The notes beneath the pieces were generated by a model. The model worked only from the letters and a program-made list of their open reading frames with translations, made no database searches and had not been told where the DNA came from. This document shows, one piece after another, positions 44,028 through 56,963 of a DNA stretch of 64,000 nt. Source of the DNA: Hyaloraphidium curvatum SAG 235-1 (Eukaryota > Fungi > Monoblepharomycota); the NCBI GenBank assembly GCA_025558095.1, contig JAIVFI010000011.1:124001-188000 (forward strand), written 5' to 3'. The first letter of the stretch is position 1. Each line of letters starts with the position of its first letter. Position numbers and translations under genes: made by a program.

Positions 44028-45704
44028 CTAATCTACAAGGTTCTCGAGACGGTTCCCCAGTCCAAGCCGAACGTAAACCTGCGATCGCGGACCAAGTGAG
44101 CAATAGTGCGCGCTCCGAGTCCGAGAGACCGCTCACGTCCGTTCCCCAGCCTTCGATGACCCTCACGCTCAGCGTCCCGCCCCAGAACTCCGCATAGACC
44201 TTGGAAAGCGGCAGCCCGATCCCCAGGTGCGCGAGCCCCACCGCCTCGCGCTCCTTCTCCGAGATTACTCCCTTCATCCGCTTCACGACCGCCGGAAACT
44301 CGCGAAACTTGGAAGCGTGGGCAAAAGAGAAGATGTGCGGGACCAGCGGGCGCGGGATGCCGCCGCCACGGTCCGAAATGCGGAAGGCGATGATGGGGGA
44401 GAAGGAGGCGGCGGCAGAGGCGGTCGCCGCGGCGCCAGACAGCGAGACGGTGGGTACTGCGGAGGTTGGAGACGGGGAGAGAGCGCAAGTGATGCGCACG
44501 GGGGGCAGGACGACGTCGCCGTCCGCCGCGTGGTGGTCCACTGGCTCGGCGGCGTCGAGCTGGGGATGGGTGTGGCCGCCCCGCTCAAAGCGTTCGATCG
44601 ATCCGGGGTCCGCCACCAGTTTCGACAGCGGGGAAGGTTTGGATTCGCCGGTTTCGGCCGAAGCCTGCACCCAGGGCTTCGGCGAGATCTCGCCAATCGC
44701 GCTGGCGTGGGTCTGCCGCATCCGGTGGAAATGCGGATGGTGCTCGTAGAGCGTGAACCGCATCGCGTTCTCCAAGAGCTCGTAGACCACGTACTCGGCC
44801 TGGTCCGGAATGTAGGTGAACTCGGCGTCCACGTCCCCGTCCACTACGATCTCGGGCGGGGCGACGCTGCCCCCGTATGAGCTCACAAACACCTTGCGCG
44901 CGAGCGCGGCGCAGCGCTCGACGATGGTGCCCGCGCGAGTCCGTGTGTTTACGATGCCGATGAACGGCGAGTTGTCCGAGGTCGTCCCGGAGCGCGCCTC
45001 ATCCAGGTAGGTCCTGGTGAGAGCGATGTGCTGCTCCGCGATCACGCGCCGCCCTATCCGGGACCGCAGGGTGGTGTACATGAAGCGGTCCACGTCGCTG
45101 GCGTCCATGTGCCGCGCCGTCGCGGCCTCCACCATGCCCTTTGCGAGCAGGGGGATTACCTCGAGGTGCGTGTAGAGCTGCTGGGCCAGCAGCGCGCAAA
45201 AGGCCTCGTTGTCCTCCATCGTCTTGATCTCGGGCACGCGGCGGAAGCTCTCGAACGCGTTCATGTACAGCTCGTAAACGCGCGAAATGTTTGGGTCCGT
45301 GCCCACGACGAAGGGCAGAGCCTGGAAGTCACGGATGCGGTGCGACAGCCGCACCGGCAGCTCGTTGCGCACGTAGTTTGCCGACGCGACCAGCTTCGCC
45401 GGCGTGAGGTTGCGGCCGTGCACGCAGAGCTGGCGGAGCGTCACGCGGCGCGGCTCCTGCGACCAGTAGCGCTCGAACAGTCTGCGGGGTGCCGAAATGA
45501 GGGGAGGGCGGCCTCAATCGGTTGTGATCGCGTGTCTCACCGATTTTGATAGAACACCGACTGGTTCGACGGCGGCGGCCCGGCCATCGCGTCGGCCGCG
45601 TGGATCGGCGTCGCCGCGAAACACCGGCTCGGCGGTGGTGCCGGCAGCCGTCGGCGCGCGGCAGCTCGCGGCGCCGTGCCCAGGACACGCGCTCCACCGC
45701 CCAT
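44028..45704 (-). CDS. Mitochondrial alpha-ketoacid dehydrogenase kinase (PDK/BCKDK family)
   Basis: Presequence; ELPVRLSHRIRDFQALPF, SRIGRRVIAEQH, ELLENAMR, ISDRGGGI, GLPLSKVYAEFWGG, GWGTDVYV; two introns. Confidence 0.92.
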
Positions 45705-46023
45705 CGCGGACGAGGAGGAGTCGAGCGGGACGGGGCGACGGAGGAAAGGGGCTACCAATGGGAAACGCGGGCCGCGATCGACGCGTTGCATGCCCGTCAA
45801 CTGCCAACATCCCGCCCCTCCTCCTAACAAATGAAATCACTTGCGAGAAGTTTGCAAGACTACAAGTAACGTCGCAGGAGAACCTCATACTTCTGGTGCG
45901 GTTATGATAGATGGACGCGACTTGGTGTATCCCGTTGCCTTGCCAGACGCGCAAGCAGCAGCCCATTCCTGTTGGAAAAGAAGCCAAAAGATCATCTCTG
46001 TAGCTCATCAGTAGTCTGCATCA

Positions 46024-47347
46024 ATGTCTGTGGCCGATGATGCACCATTCGGCGAGGAGATAAGACTCCTCGACGGACACTTCAACGGACCCGCAGCTAT
46101 GCCGCGGCAATACATTCGCAGATCCTTTTCTTTGTATCATCCGCCAAATGACAGACCGAATCGGCTCTCCCTTGGGACGTTCGAACAAGGGCTGGGGCGG
46201 GCACGTGGACTTGGTGGCTGTACACGATCGCACACTGGAGACAACCAAACGCCCGTCGCGGGGACTTGCGTTCCCATGGATGATCCCAATGAAGCCGCGA
46301 CACCGTTGCCTAGCAACGCAAGCAGCAGCTCCCCGGGCTCTGGAGGGGACGCCGACGCGCAACCATGGGAACCGCAACCGCCACCCGCGGATCCGCCTCC
46401 GGGATACGCGCCGCCGCCATCCGGGCGGCGACGCGACCCGCTGGACATGCTCCCGGTGGAGCCGGACTCTGTGGAAGCCTTGGAACTGTACTCGCTCCCG
46501 ACGTTTCCTCCCCCCGCGCATCGGCGGCAGGAACCTGGAGAGATACCATCGCTCCCGTTTGACGAAGTGATCGCCACGGACGGTGACGAGAGACCTCCGA
46601 CATACCGCGCCGGTCTCGCTTCGCGCTTTCCGGCCGCGGGGGACGATGCGTCCTGCCCCGATCCTTCTCTGTCCTACGATCCTGCCAAAGTCAAGCCGGT
46701 CATCGATCGCTTCTCGGTCACGCAATCGTGCTTGAGGGCCGCCATCCTATTCTCCGATCTCTTTGTTGGAGTTTCTTGCCTGGTTGCTTGGACGCAGTCG
46801 ACCCTGCCTGTCCCAGCGTCGTCGCAGACCCGCCTCGGATTGGTCGTGGGCTCGACCCTCATTGGCAAGCCTCCCGTTCGATCTTGCCGACTTTCCCGCA
46901 AGCCTGACGTTCAATCGCATGCAGATGCTTTCATGTCGCTCCTCTATATGAACCCATTCCCCCTCCGCTACGCGTGCTACCCCCGATCTTGGCGCCTGCC
47001 CGCCAGGTTGACCCGGGTGATGGTCTACGACGTGATCTTCGCCCTGCTCAGCGTGGCAGTCGCGGTCTCGGTGCCGCCGTGCTGGGTCGGTATGGACGGG
47101 ACGCCGGCGGAGCTCCCGAACGGGCGGCCCCGGCCGGGGTTTCAGGCGGACGGATCCAACTGGTTCGTCTCGGCGCGCGGCCGGCAAGGCGAATCCATCT
47201 GACTATCCATCCCTCAGGACTTGCCAGATCCTTATAGCTTGCAACGTCTTTGGCGGCCTCGTTGCGGCGATGCATTTGTCCAATTTGCTGATTGTGAATC
47301 TCTTTTGCCGCCGGATGAGGAGGGTAGCCCACTTTGGACACGGCTGA
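46024..47347 (+). CDS. Probable four-TM membrane protein with a PPxY-containing cytosolic N-terminus
   Basis: PPGY and PPTY motifs; four hydrophobic segments after splicing introns 46865-46924 (GC-AG) and about 47163-47217; start uncertain (46024 or 46276). Confidence 0.55.
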
Positions 47348-47759
47348 TGTCACGGCGGAAAATGCCTCATGAAACGGAACAGCGCTTGGTCGAGCATCCG
47401 TCTTATCCCTGATTAACTTATTGACTGGCGAGGTCGAACATCTCGGGAGCTGTGTTAATCGTGGTCTATGCCGCACTCAGGACCAACGAGCAGACTAAAA
47501 GCTGCCGGAGATGCCCAAGCTAGCTTCTTGCATATGCCCTTGTTGGCTTGCTTCTGCTGCCGTGCCGTCCTCTGGTGACTGTCCATCGTGCGGGGTAAAT
47601 CGAATGCTGAATCATCGCGTGGTGTGACGCACGAGCCCACTCCCTCCCCAAAAACCGTGCGCCCGTGCCTTCCACGCCCGCGTTTTTGAGGCGCGGCAAT
47701 GCCGATGCCGGCACTCGCGAAGAAGACCATGGCCGTTTGACGGAGCACCGAGGCCAGCA

Positions 47760-48791
47760 ATGGCTTTCTACTTCGACCCCGCGGCCCTTTTCTGGCCGGG
47801 CTCGGGTCGTCCGGCCACCGGGCTTCCCCGAGAGCAGCTGTCGGGAGAGGGCATGGCGATTTCACAAGCGGAGGTTGGAGTCCGAAGGGCGTCGGCACCT
47901 GTTCTTCTTGGGCCAGAGTTCGGGCCGCATTCTCTTGCCCCGGGGGCGCTTCACGCTCCGAGCTCCGAAGACGTCGCGAAGCCGCTTTCGGACGAAGAAT
48001 GGACGGACTGGGAAAGAATGACTCCCGAATCGTTGCTCAGTATCGGGTTCAGTGAAGACATGACCAGGTCGTGGTCGACAATGCACCCGCTTCCGAACTC
48101 TGCGAGCGCTAGCCATTCTTCGACGGCACGTTCGGCGGACTTTCTTTCTGCGTCTGGCTTTTGCCGGCTCGGAGACGTCGAAGGGGATCTGGACGGGAAG
48201 TGGGAGCCTACCGATGACGTGGAAGCAACGGTGTCAAGCCTCCTCCAGCCGGCACCCATTCACTCGTGGACTCACGTCCCGGAAGCCGGTTACGCGTCTC
48301 TCAAAGACGTCCCTTGGGCGCCCCAGTGCACGTCGGCTCCTCCCGTCGATGCTCACCAGCGCGCTCTGCTCTTCAACCCGTCTCTGGCCCCTGCCGTCAA
48401 GAAGCCTAAGCTTTCGCAGTCGAAATCGATGCCGGATCTCGCGGCACTGCACTCGCCGGAACCCCAGAGGTTCGAATTCATCCACGAAGCGTTCCCTCCG
48501 CCGCAAGCGCCTCCTGCGGACCATCCGACTCCGAAAAGCTACACCTTGGCCCCACCACTGGACACTTCCGGTGTCGCCCCTCGCTGGCCAAGGAAGCAGT
48601 TCTCTCCCTCGCAATTGCGCGTTCTGGAAAAGGCGTTCCGGCGCAACACGAACCCCGATCGGGAGGAGCGGGAGCGGATCGCGGCCAAGATCAACGAAGA
48701 GGTGAAGACGGTGAACATTTGGTACAACAACCGGCGGGCTAAAGCGAGGGCGCAGAGCCGGAAGTCTGCGGAGGCTGGTGGATTGGAGTAA
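47760..48791 (+). CDS. Homeodomain transcription factor
   Basis: C-terminal PRKQFSPSQLRVLEKAFRRNTNPDREERERIAAKINEEVKTVNIWYNNRRAKAR; intronless. Confidence 0.9.
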   Translation: MAFYFDPAALFWPGSGRPATGLPREQLSGEGMAISQAEVGVRRASAPVLLGPEFGPHSLAPGALHAPSSEDVAKPLSDEEWTDWERMTPESLLSIGFSEDMTRSWSTMHPLPNSASASHSSTARSADFLSASGFCRLGDVEGDLDGKWEPTDDVEATVSSLLQPAPIHSWTHVPEAGYASLKDVPWAPQCTSAPPVDAHQRALLFNPSLAPAVKKPKLSQSKSMPDLAALHSPEPQRFEFIHEAFPPPQAPPADHPTPKSYTLAPPLDTSGVAPRWPRKQFSPSQLRVLEKAFRRNTNPDREERERIAAKINEEVKTVNIWYNNRRAKARAQSRKSAEAGGLE

Positions 48792-48903
48792 CTGCTTTTG
48801 AATGTTTTGTTTTTTCTGCAGTGAAGGGGAGACATCCCCGTTCGTGTGGTCAGGCCGGTCCCCCACGCCGGACCCTGGTCACAAGGACTCGCTCCCGTCC
48901 GAG

Positions 48904-51207
48904 ATGGCGGGGGACTACTCGGTAACGAGCGAGTGCATCGCTAAGATTGTGGCTTCTGGAGACCCGAGCCGGCCTGCTGCGGCGAAAGTCTTGTTCTCGG
49001 TGCCCGTGGTCAATGACGAAGGACTCGGGAAGGGGTCCACGATGCCGGACACTCCGATTCCGGCGTCTTTCGCCAAGGACTCTCTTGTCGCGCTGAAAAA
49101 GAAGGCGGATGGTGCTCTGCAATGGGAGCTCCTCGCCGACGCCGGGTCTGCGCGCGCTGCCCTGTTCGAGCTCTTGCACGAGAAGAAGGTCAATCCGCTG
49201 TACCCGAAGCTCGTTCGAGAGGAGACGGCACGATGGTCGGCAAATCCCGACATCGATGGTGGGCACCTCTGCTTCCAAGTCGGCTTTGGACGCGCTCACA
49301 GGGTGCTCCATTGCCTCCCGCAGACCCTGCCCTCAACGACCTCACTCACATCCCTTTCTGTACCATTGACAACGATAATTCCCGAGATTGTGAGTTATTG
49401 GTGGCCCGAGTGAAGGATTTGCTGACGAGGACTTCAGTGGATCAAGCCATGGCCATCGAACGCGATGGTGATGGCTTCATGGTCTATTACGCCCTGGCCG
49501 ACGCCGCCTACTACGTGTGAGTGTCGCCAAACGCTGCTTGCATTTGCTTCCTCACTTGTCCTGGTCTGCAGATACCCTGGCACAGCCCTTTTCGACCATG
49601 CCTTAAAGCGAGGTACTTCCTACTACCTTCCGATGCTCTCGGTTCCCATGCTGCCGCCGGCATTGAGCGAAGACGTCGTTTCGCTCAACGCCAACGTTCC
49701 CCGACGTGCTGTTGTGTTTCACATGAAGCTAGACAAAGCTGGACTTCCTGTTTCCACGACGCTCACCCGATCGAGAATCCTGAGCAGAGCGAAGCTCTCC
49801 TATCGGCGGGTCCAAGAATACTACGACGGATTAGCGCCCGAGGCAACGAACCTGGCGGGGAAGGACTTCACCGAGACCCTGGACCTGCTCAAGGAAGTGG
49901 GCGCCTTGAGGATCAAGGAGGCAGAGTCTCGGGACGTCGTGCGGTACGACCGTGTTGCACTTCAGGTGGACCTGTCGTCGGAATCCGTCTCCGATTTCCA
50001 CTTGACGACCGAGAAACGTTATTCCACGGACCGCTACAACGAGCAAATCTCGCTCCTGTGTAATCGCGAAGGTGCAACTTTCCTTCAGCGTGACGCGGAC
50101 TCGCATCCGGAGGTTCAGGCGATCTACCGAGTCCACGACGCGCCGGATGAGAACCGTTTTGGCGGCGTGGACAAGTTCATCAGGGACCTGCAAGTGTTTG
50201 CCCTTGTTTGTCGCTGCTTATTTCTGATTTGCTGTTCAGTATCAAGGTCCGCGGGCTGCCTCGGAAGCTTTGGGACTGGGATGACAGAAACGGCGAGCCC
50301 ATTTCGGCGTACCTCGAACGGCTTCCTTTCGAAACGGAGGAAGACAAGCGGATCAAGGCGGCCATCGAGCGGCAGTTCCTCGTGCTGAACAACAGGAGCA
50401 CGTACTCTGGTGTTCCTGGGCTTCACTACGGTTCGTGCGCGTTTCTGTGTCCCAGCGATCGTCACTCATTCCGCGTCAGGTCTTGGCGTGGATCCTTACG
50501 CCAGGTTCTCGTCCCCTATGCGAGAGGTTGTCGGTATTATGACACACAAGGAGGCCCTCGAGAAGCTTGGACTCCCCGTGACGCCAGCACTGGCCTCGAT
50601 CGATCCCAAGGATCCGGCGGCGATTGCGAAGGACGAGGCGTTGCGCGAGGATGTCATCAAGTCCGCCGACGCAGCTCGCAGCTTCCAGAACGCACTCGGC
50701 AAAGCAGTCGACGCCATGGCCATCCATTCCTTCTTTTCCGCAGAGACTGCCAAGCCCATTGAAGAGCGAACGCGTTATTCGGCAACCGTCATGGGCTTGG
50801 TCCCCACCCGCATCTACACCGCCTTTGACGATCCGCCGCTGGAGATCAAGGTCTATTTGGAGGACATCGAAATCGCAACGGGCAAGAAGTGGGCGGCGAC
50901 AGCAAAGACCGAGGGAGCCCGAAAGGCGCCGCTGGCCGTCGCAATGACAGAGGAGGACTGGACCCCTCCGACGGACCCGAAGAACAAAAGGAGCAAGAGG
51001 AGCGGAACCGGTGACAGCACAAATTCCAGCAACAGCAAGGATGAAGGGCAGGACCCGGCAAAAGCCACTTTTGGGGACGTTTCGCCCGACCTCTTTAGCT
51101 CTTTGATTCCGAAAGGGCCGATCGTCGTCGGCGATCCCCTGACTTGCATCGTGGGCGGCTACGACGCTGAACGGAAGCGTTGGGCAGTCCTTCCGGTTCT
51201 ATCGTAG
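48904..51207 (+). CDS. RNB-domain (RNase II/R family) exoribonuclease-like protein
   Basis: Spliced DLTHIPFCTIDNDNSRDLDQA, YALADAAY, RGTSYYLP..SVPMLPPALSEDVVSL, SRAKLSY, IYRVH, HYGLGVDPYARFSSPMRE; five introns. Confidence 0.88.
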
Positions 51208-51306
51208 ACGGAATGCTCGAGCGGCCTGGTTGTCATTATCGTTTAATCCTATCCCTGGTATACCAAGACCGAGTTCTACGAGGCCCATCCAGCCCTAATC
51301 CCGCAC

Positions 51307-54300
51307 TCAAGACTTGTACATCGCGTACACCTTGTCCCGAATCGGCACCTCTGGTGCTTTCCGTCCCGTCCACCGCACAAACTGCTCGAAGCCCTGCTCC
51401 AGCAGGATCTCGATGCCTTCTACCGTCTCAAAGCTCCAACCGTGCGCCTTGTTTTCATCGATCAGCGACAGCAGCGGCGTACGCCTTGGCTTCATCGCGA
51501 GTTCCACGACGACGCCGTGAGCCGTGTTCGAGGCGCTGACGGCCGGAGGTTTCTGGGCCGAGAAGACGGATTCCAAGTCCAACTGCGCCTGCGCGTCCCC
51601 AGGCACGGTGGCGATGACGACGTACGTCGGTGGTGCCTCAGAACCTCCTATATCAGCTCTCGGCGGCGCAAGGAGGTCGCCCAAAGAACCGACGGTTGTG
51701 CCACCAAAAGTCTCCGACAGCACGTCCGCCTTCTCGCCAGTCCGATTCCATATCCTGAGCTCCGAAACTCCCAAGCTCCTGAGCACATAGCACGCGGCCC
51801 GCGCGGTTCCACCACCGCCGAGCACGACTCCGATGCCCCGAGGCCCAACGCTTTCAAGGCGCTTGAGCACCGCCCGTCGCATGCCGAGCCAATCCGTGTT
51901 GTCTCCCAAGATGCGTGGAATACCGCCGCCTGTCGGGTAGACCGCCACCACGGTGTTGAGCGACCCAATCGCCTTGGCCGACTCGGTGAGTTCGTCTACG
52001 ATCCCACGATCCAGTTTGATGACTTCCTCTTTCAGAGGAATGGTCACGCTGGCGCCTCCGAAAGTGCCATCGCGCTTGCCGGATTCTACCACATCAAGCA
52101 CATGCTGCCAATCGCCCGACTCAGACAGCGAGTAGCGGTGCCCGAACCCGAGCTCCTCGAAGCCGGTGTTGTGCAAGGTGGGCGACATAGAATGCGCGAT
52201 CGGGGTCCCAAAGAGGTAGTAGCGGCGCGCACGCTCCACGCCGAGCAGCTCCCGGAACTGCACAATCTGCTTGACCGAGAGCTGGCCGGGCGCAGCGGGT
52301 ATGGGGAGCGCGGGGTGAGTGACGGGCGTGAGGAAGGAATTGAGCGCGCGGGTTTCCTGCCCGTACGCGCCCATGTTCAGGGCGATGACAGGTTTGCGCT
52401 TCTCGGGGAGGCCGGCCAGGAACGACTCGAGGCCGCGGTTGTCGGCGCGCGAGTTGGCCTTGCCAATGAGCTTGACGATGTCGCCGTACTCGGCCAGGAT
52501 GTCGTATTTCTCCGCGAACCGCACCCTGCCGGTGCTCGGGGCCGCGTCGCGCTGCTGCTGGCCGTAAGCCAGGTTCGTCGCCGCGACAGACTCGTCCCAA
52601 ATCGCGGTGCCCGAAAAGTCGTGGTAGGACGCGATGATGCGGGAGTTGCCCTTGATGCCCAGGATGTGTGCGAACCTCGCCTTCTGCTCGGGATCCGCCT
52701 CGTTCGTGATCTCCATGTCAACGAACTCGCAGCCCCATTTGAGACCCTTCTCGAGCAGATCGAACATCCGCTCCACGTCCTGCTTGGTAGCGTCCGGGAA
52801 CTTGCCGCCCTGGCCCACGGTCCGGACCGTGAAGATGATGGGCAGCGGTGTGAGCCGCCGGAGCAACGAGACCTGCGCCCCCACAAACTCCTCCGCGGTC
52901 GATTTGAGGAGGTCCACCCGCAGCTCGACAGCATCGCAGCCCCTGGTCGCAGGTTCAATCACAGACGCGGCCTTGGAAACGTCCGGGAACGTCAGGGCGA
53001 GGAAGTAGGACGTCGCCGGTGGCAACGGCACGTTGCCCGGCAGGCGCGAAGTATCCAGTTCCGCCAGCAGGCGGCGCAGGAAACGCAGCAGGTCCCTCTG
53101 CACGTCCGGCCAGTCCCCGTCGCCGGCGGTCGCGATGACAAACTCGGCGCTGCTGCACTCCTTGAACCACGGCAGCCTCCGCTTCCACACCGTGTGCAGA
53201 TCGTCCGGGAACGCGGGCCGCGTCTTGTCCTGAAGCAGGTACGCGATCACGTGCTCGATCCTGCGGCGGATGTGCACGACCTCGCCCGACTTGGGCGACC
53301 CCTCGCCGCCGCACCACCTGGACACGAGCTCGCGTCCCTCCTCCGTCTCTACGATGCCCCCGCCGCAGGCGACCACGGCTCCCGTCGGATGCCGGTCCAG
53401 CACATCGCGCAGCTGCTCCACCTCGAGGCGGCGGAACTCGTCCCACCCCTTCTCCTTGATCACCTGCTGGATCGTTTCCCCGACCGTGGCCTCGAAGTGC
53501 TCGTCCATGTCCACGTAGATGCGGCCCAACCCGGATGCCGCCACCCGCGCGAGCGTGCTCTTGCCGGCGCCGCGCATGCCGATGAAGACCACCGTCGCGT
53601 CCGAAAGCGCGGGCTGGCGCTCAGCGCCCGAGGTGACCAGCTTCTCGGCCACGTCCTTGCTCGCCGCCGGCGGTTCGAGCCCGGGCGGCACCTCGCGGTC
53701 CTCGTAGTCGTACCCCGCAACGAGCGCGCCGAGCTCCGTCTCGAGCGCGTCCCACCACTCGGGCCAGGTCTTTTCGACGCACTTGCGTTCCCGGAGCACG
53801 GTCGCCGAACCAGGCTTCAGCCCGCACGCCAGCACGGAGAAGCTCATGGCCACGCGGTGGTCGTCGAAGCACTTGACCCCCTCGGCCGGCGGCGGAGGCG
53901 CGATGGCGTCCACGTCCTTGCCCTGCCGGCCCAGCACCCGGATCCCGTCGGGCATCTCCTCCGCGACCAGCCCGAACCTGCGCAGCTGCGACGCGACGGC
54001 GGCGATGCGGTCACACTCCTTGACCCGCTGGTTGGCGATGCCGTAGATCTCGGTCGTCCCCTCGGCCAGGGCCGCCAGCGCCGATGCCGTCAGGAAGGCG
54101 TCCGTCATGGGCTCCATGTCGATCCGGCCCAGCGGTTTCAGCTCGCCCCTCGGAGGCCCGCACACGGTGGTCGTCGCCTCGGTCTGCTCCACCGTGCAGC
54201 CCATCGGGCGCAGGACGTCCACAGCGAACCGGGCATCGCCCTGAAGGCTCTTGCTGCCGATGTTGCTCACCGTCACGGCGGTGCCCGTCGCGGCGGCAAA

Positions 54301-56963
54301 GGCCAGGGGGTATGTGGCGGAGGAGGCGTCGGCCTCGACGACGTACTCGCCGGGGTTGACGTAGGGCTGGCGCGGGATGCGGTAGGTGCGCCCGTCGGGG
54401 TCGCACTCGACGTCGACGCCAAACTCCTGTGAGAGAGGAGCGAAGGGATGAGCACCGCGGCGGTCCCATCTTCCGTCGATCCGCTCCCACCTTCATCATC
54501 GCGATGGTCATGTCGATGTACGGCTGGCTTACCACCTCCTCGCCCGTCAAATGCAGCTCCACCTCCTTCTCCGCGTACGGCGCGGCCATGAGGATGCTGC
54601 TCACGTACTGGCTCGAGATGTTTGCCGATAGCTCGATCCGCCCGCCGGGCAGGCCGGTCGGCTCCACACGCAGGGGCAGGCTGCCCTCCCGCTCGAGGTA
54701 CCCCACGCGGCAACCGTTGCTCTGCAGCGCCGAGACGAGGTCGCCGATGGGCCGCTGCTTCATCCGCGCGTTGCCCGTGAGCACCGTGTGCAGCCCGCGC
54801 GCGGCAGGGGGCGGCGTGCCCGTCCGGGCGTCCTGGAGCTGCAGCCCCGGGCTGGCGTCGGAGGGGTGCGCGACGGGGGTGTTGCCGGCGGGGGGAAGGA
54901 GACAGGCGACGGTGGTGAGGAAGCGGGACGCGGTGCCGGCGTTGCCGAGGTACACGGGCTCGGGCGACGCGCCGATCCGGCCGCCGCCGCCCTTCACAAC
55001 GACGACGCGGCCGTCCTCGTCGTACTCGAAGGCGGCGCAGCCGAGCTTGCGCAGGGCGTGGAGCATCACCTGGGTGTCGTCCGAGTGCAGCAGCCCGCGG
55101 ATGCGGCAGGTGCCCTTGCCGAGGGCGGCCATGACCAGGGCGCGGTTGGAGATGCTCTTCGATCCGGGGACCTGGAGCGACGTCTCGGAGGGGAACGAGG
55201 GGGGCACGGTGACGAGGGCGCCGGGCGAGAGCACGTTGACGAGGACGTCGTCCTTTACGGCCGTCGCGCCGCGCTCGTGGAGGTTGCCGATGGAGCGCAG
55301 GAGGACGATGCGCTTCTTGCCGCCCTGGTTTTTCTTGTCCACCTTCATGACCTCGAGGATCTGGGCCACGGGGATGTGCAGCGAGCGGCCCCGGGTTGCC
55401 TGCACGACGCTGGGCGTCGAGAGCGAGGTCGGCAGGCCGTACGACGCCAGGCAGCGGACGAGGCGACCGATCGTTCCTGTGAATTCCAAGGGAGTATTTC
55501 TATCGTTAGCGACGCAAAGTCGCGAACGCCGCGCGAGGAACCCACCCTGGTCGCAAATCCCCATGTTCCTCGACACCTCGGCTTCGTACACCATCCCGAT
55601 CGCCACCGCCTCCCCGTGCAGCACGTCCGGTGCCAGGATGGCCTCGATGGCGTGGCCGACCGAGTGCCCGAAGTTGAGGATGTTCCTCAGCCCGCCCTCC
55701 TTCTCGTCGTTGGACACGACGTACGCCTTGACCCTTGCGGAACCGACCACGATCCGCCGCACCAGGTCGCGCGTCTTGGGATCCGTCGCCTTTCCGCGGG
55801 CATAGTCGAGGATCTGCTCCGCCGAGCTCTCGAGCATCCCAAAGTCCTCCTCGGACCAGAACGCGGCGGTCTTGACGACCTCGGCCAAGCCGCCGATGAA
55901 CTCGCGCAGGGGGAGGGAGCGCAAATAGTCCAGGTCGGCGTAGATGCGCTTGGGCTGGTGGAAGGCGCCGATGAGGTTCTTGCCGCTGGGCGAGTCGACG
56001 GCGGTCTTGCCACCGATGGACGAGTCGACCATGGCGAGGAGGGTGGTGGGAAACTGGATGACGGGGATGCCGCGCATGAAGGTCGCGGCCACGAAGCCTG
56101 GATGGGGGGGGAAGGTGAGAAGGAAAACTCCATGGGAGGGGATGAGGGGATCACGCACCACCCAGGTCGCCCACGACGCCTCCGCCGAGGCAAATGAGCA
56201 CCGAGTCACGCGTGCAGCCCTGCGACAGCATCCAATCCTCGACCTCGGCCTTCTTCTCGCGGGTCTTGTTGGCCTCGCCGGGCGGCAGCGCGTAGTAGCG
56301 CACTTTCGGCTTCTCGCTTTCGGGCATCGAGCCGAACGACTCGTCGACGGCGGCCTGGAATGCCGAGAGCAGCGGCGTGCCGTGCAGCTTGCCGATGACC
56401 TTGTCCGAGAGCACCACGTACGACGAGACGAGCGGCCGGCCGCCCTCGCCCGTGAACAGGCGCACGACCTCGCGCGCGGCGTAGCCGGTCAGACCCGAGC
56501 CGATGATGTACGAGTCATGGCCGAGCACCGACACGCGCACGGGCTGCGAGACGGCGAACGAGGGGTGCTGCGCGCCGTGCGCGCCCAGCGACGGCGTCCG
56601 CGACAGGGCGGGTGCGGGCGACGCGATGGGCGGCGAGGCGAACGAGAGGGAGGGCATGGGCGCCTGCGGCGGCGGCGGCTTGTTTGTGAGGATCGGCGTC
56701 GGCGGCTTGTGCGGCGCGGAGTCGGCTGCCGGCGGCGGCTGCGGCGTTGACGGCGGCGAGGTCGCGGGGGCCGGCGAGCCGCCTCCGATCGACGCGGCGC
56801 GCATGATCGACGTCGGCTTCGCCGCCGGCGCGTCCTCGGCGGACTTTGTCTCGCGGGGCGGCGACGCCGGGTTGGGGCCGTTGGCCGCCGGCGACGCCGA
56901 CCCGCCCAGCGGCGTGGTGCGCGGCGGCGGGGTCGGCGGCGGCGGCGACGGCGCGCGCGGCAT
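51307..56963 (-). CDS. ARO1: Pentafunctional AROM polypeptide (shikimate pathway)
   Basis: DHQ synthase ([28 protein letters not shown]); EPSPS ([38 protein letters not shown]); shikimate kinase (GMRGAGKST); type I DHQase; shikimate DH ([14 protein letters not shown]); three introns. Confidence 0.97.

Noticed and set aside
47760-48791. Mating-type locus
   Set aside because: It is a single homeodomain gene with no divergent partner, HMG gene or pheromone/receptor genes nearby.
51442-54432. 996 aa plus-strand ORF, and similar long ORFs such as 15504-17033 (-) and 28058-29275 (+)
   Set aside because: These are antisense shadows of real genes caused by high GC3; they carry no family motifs.
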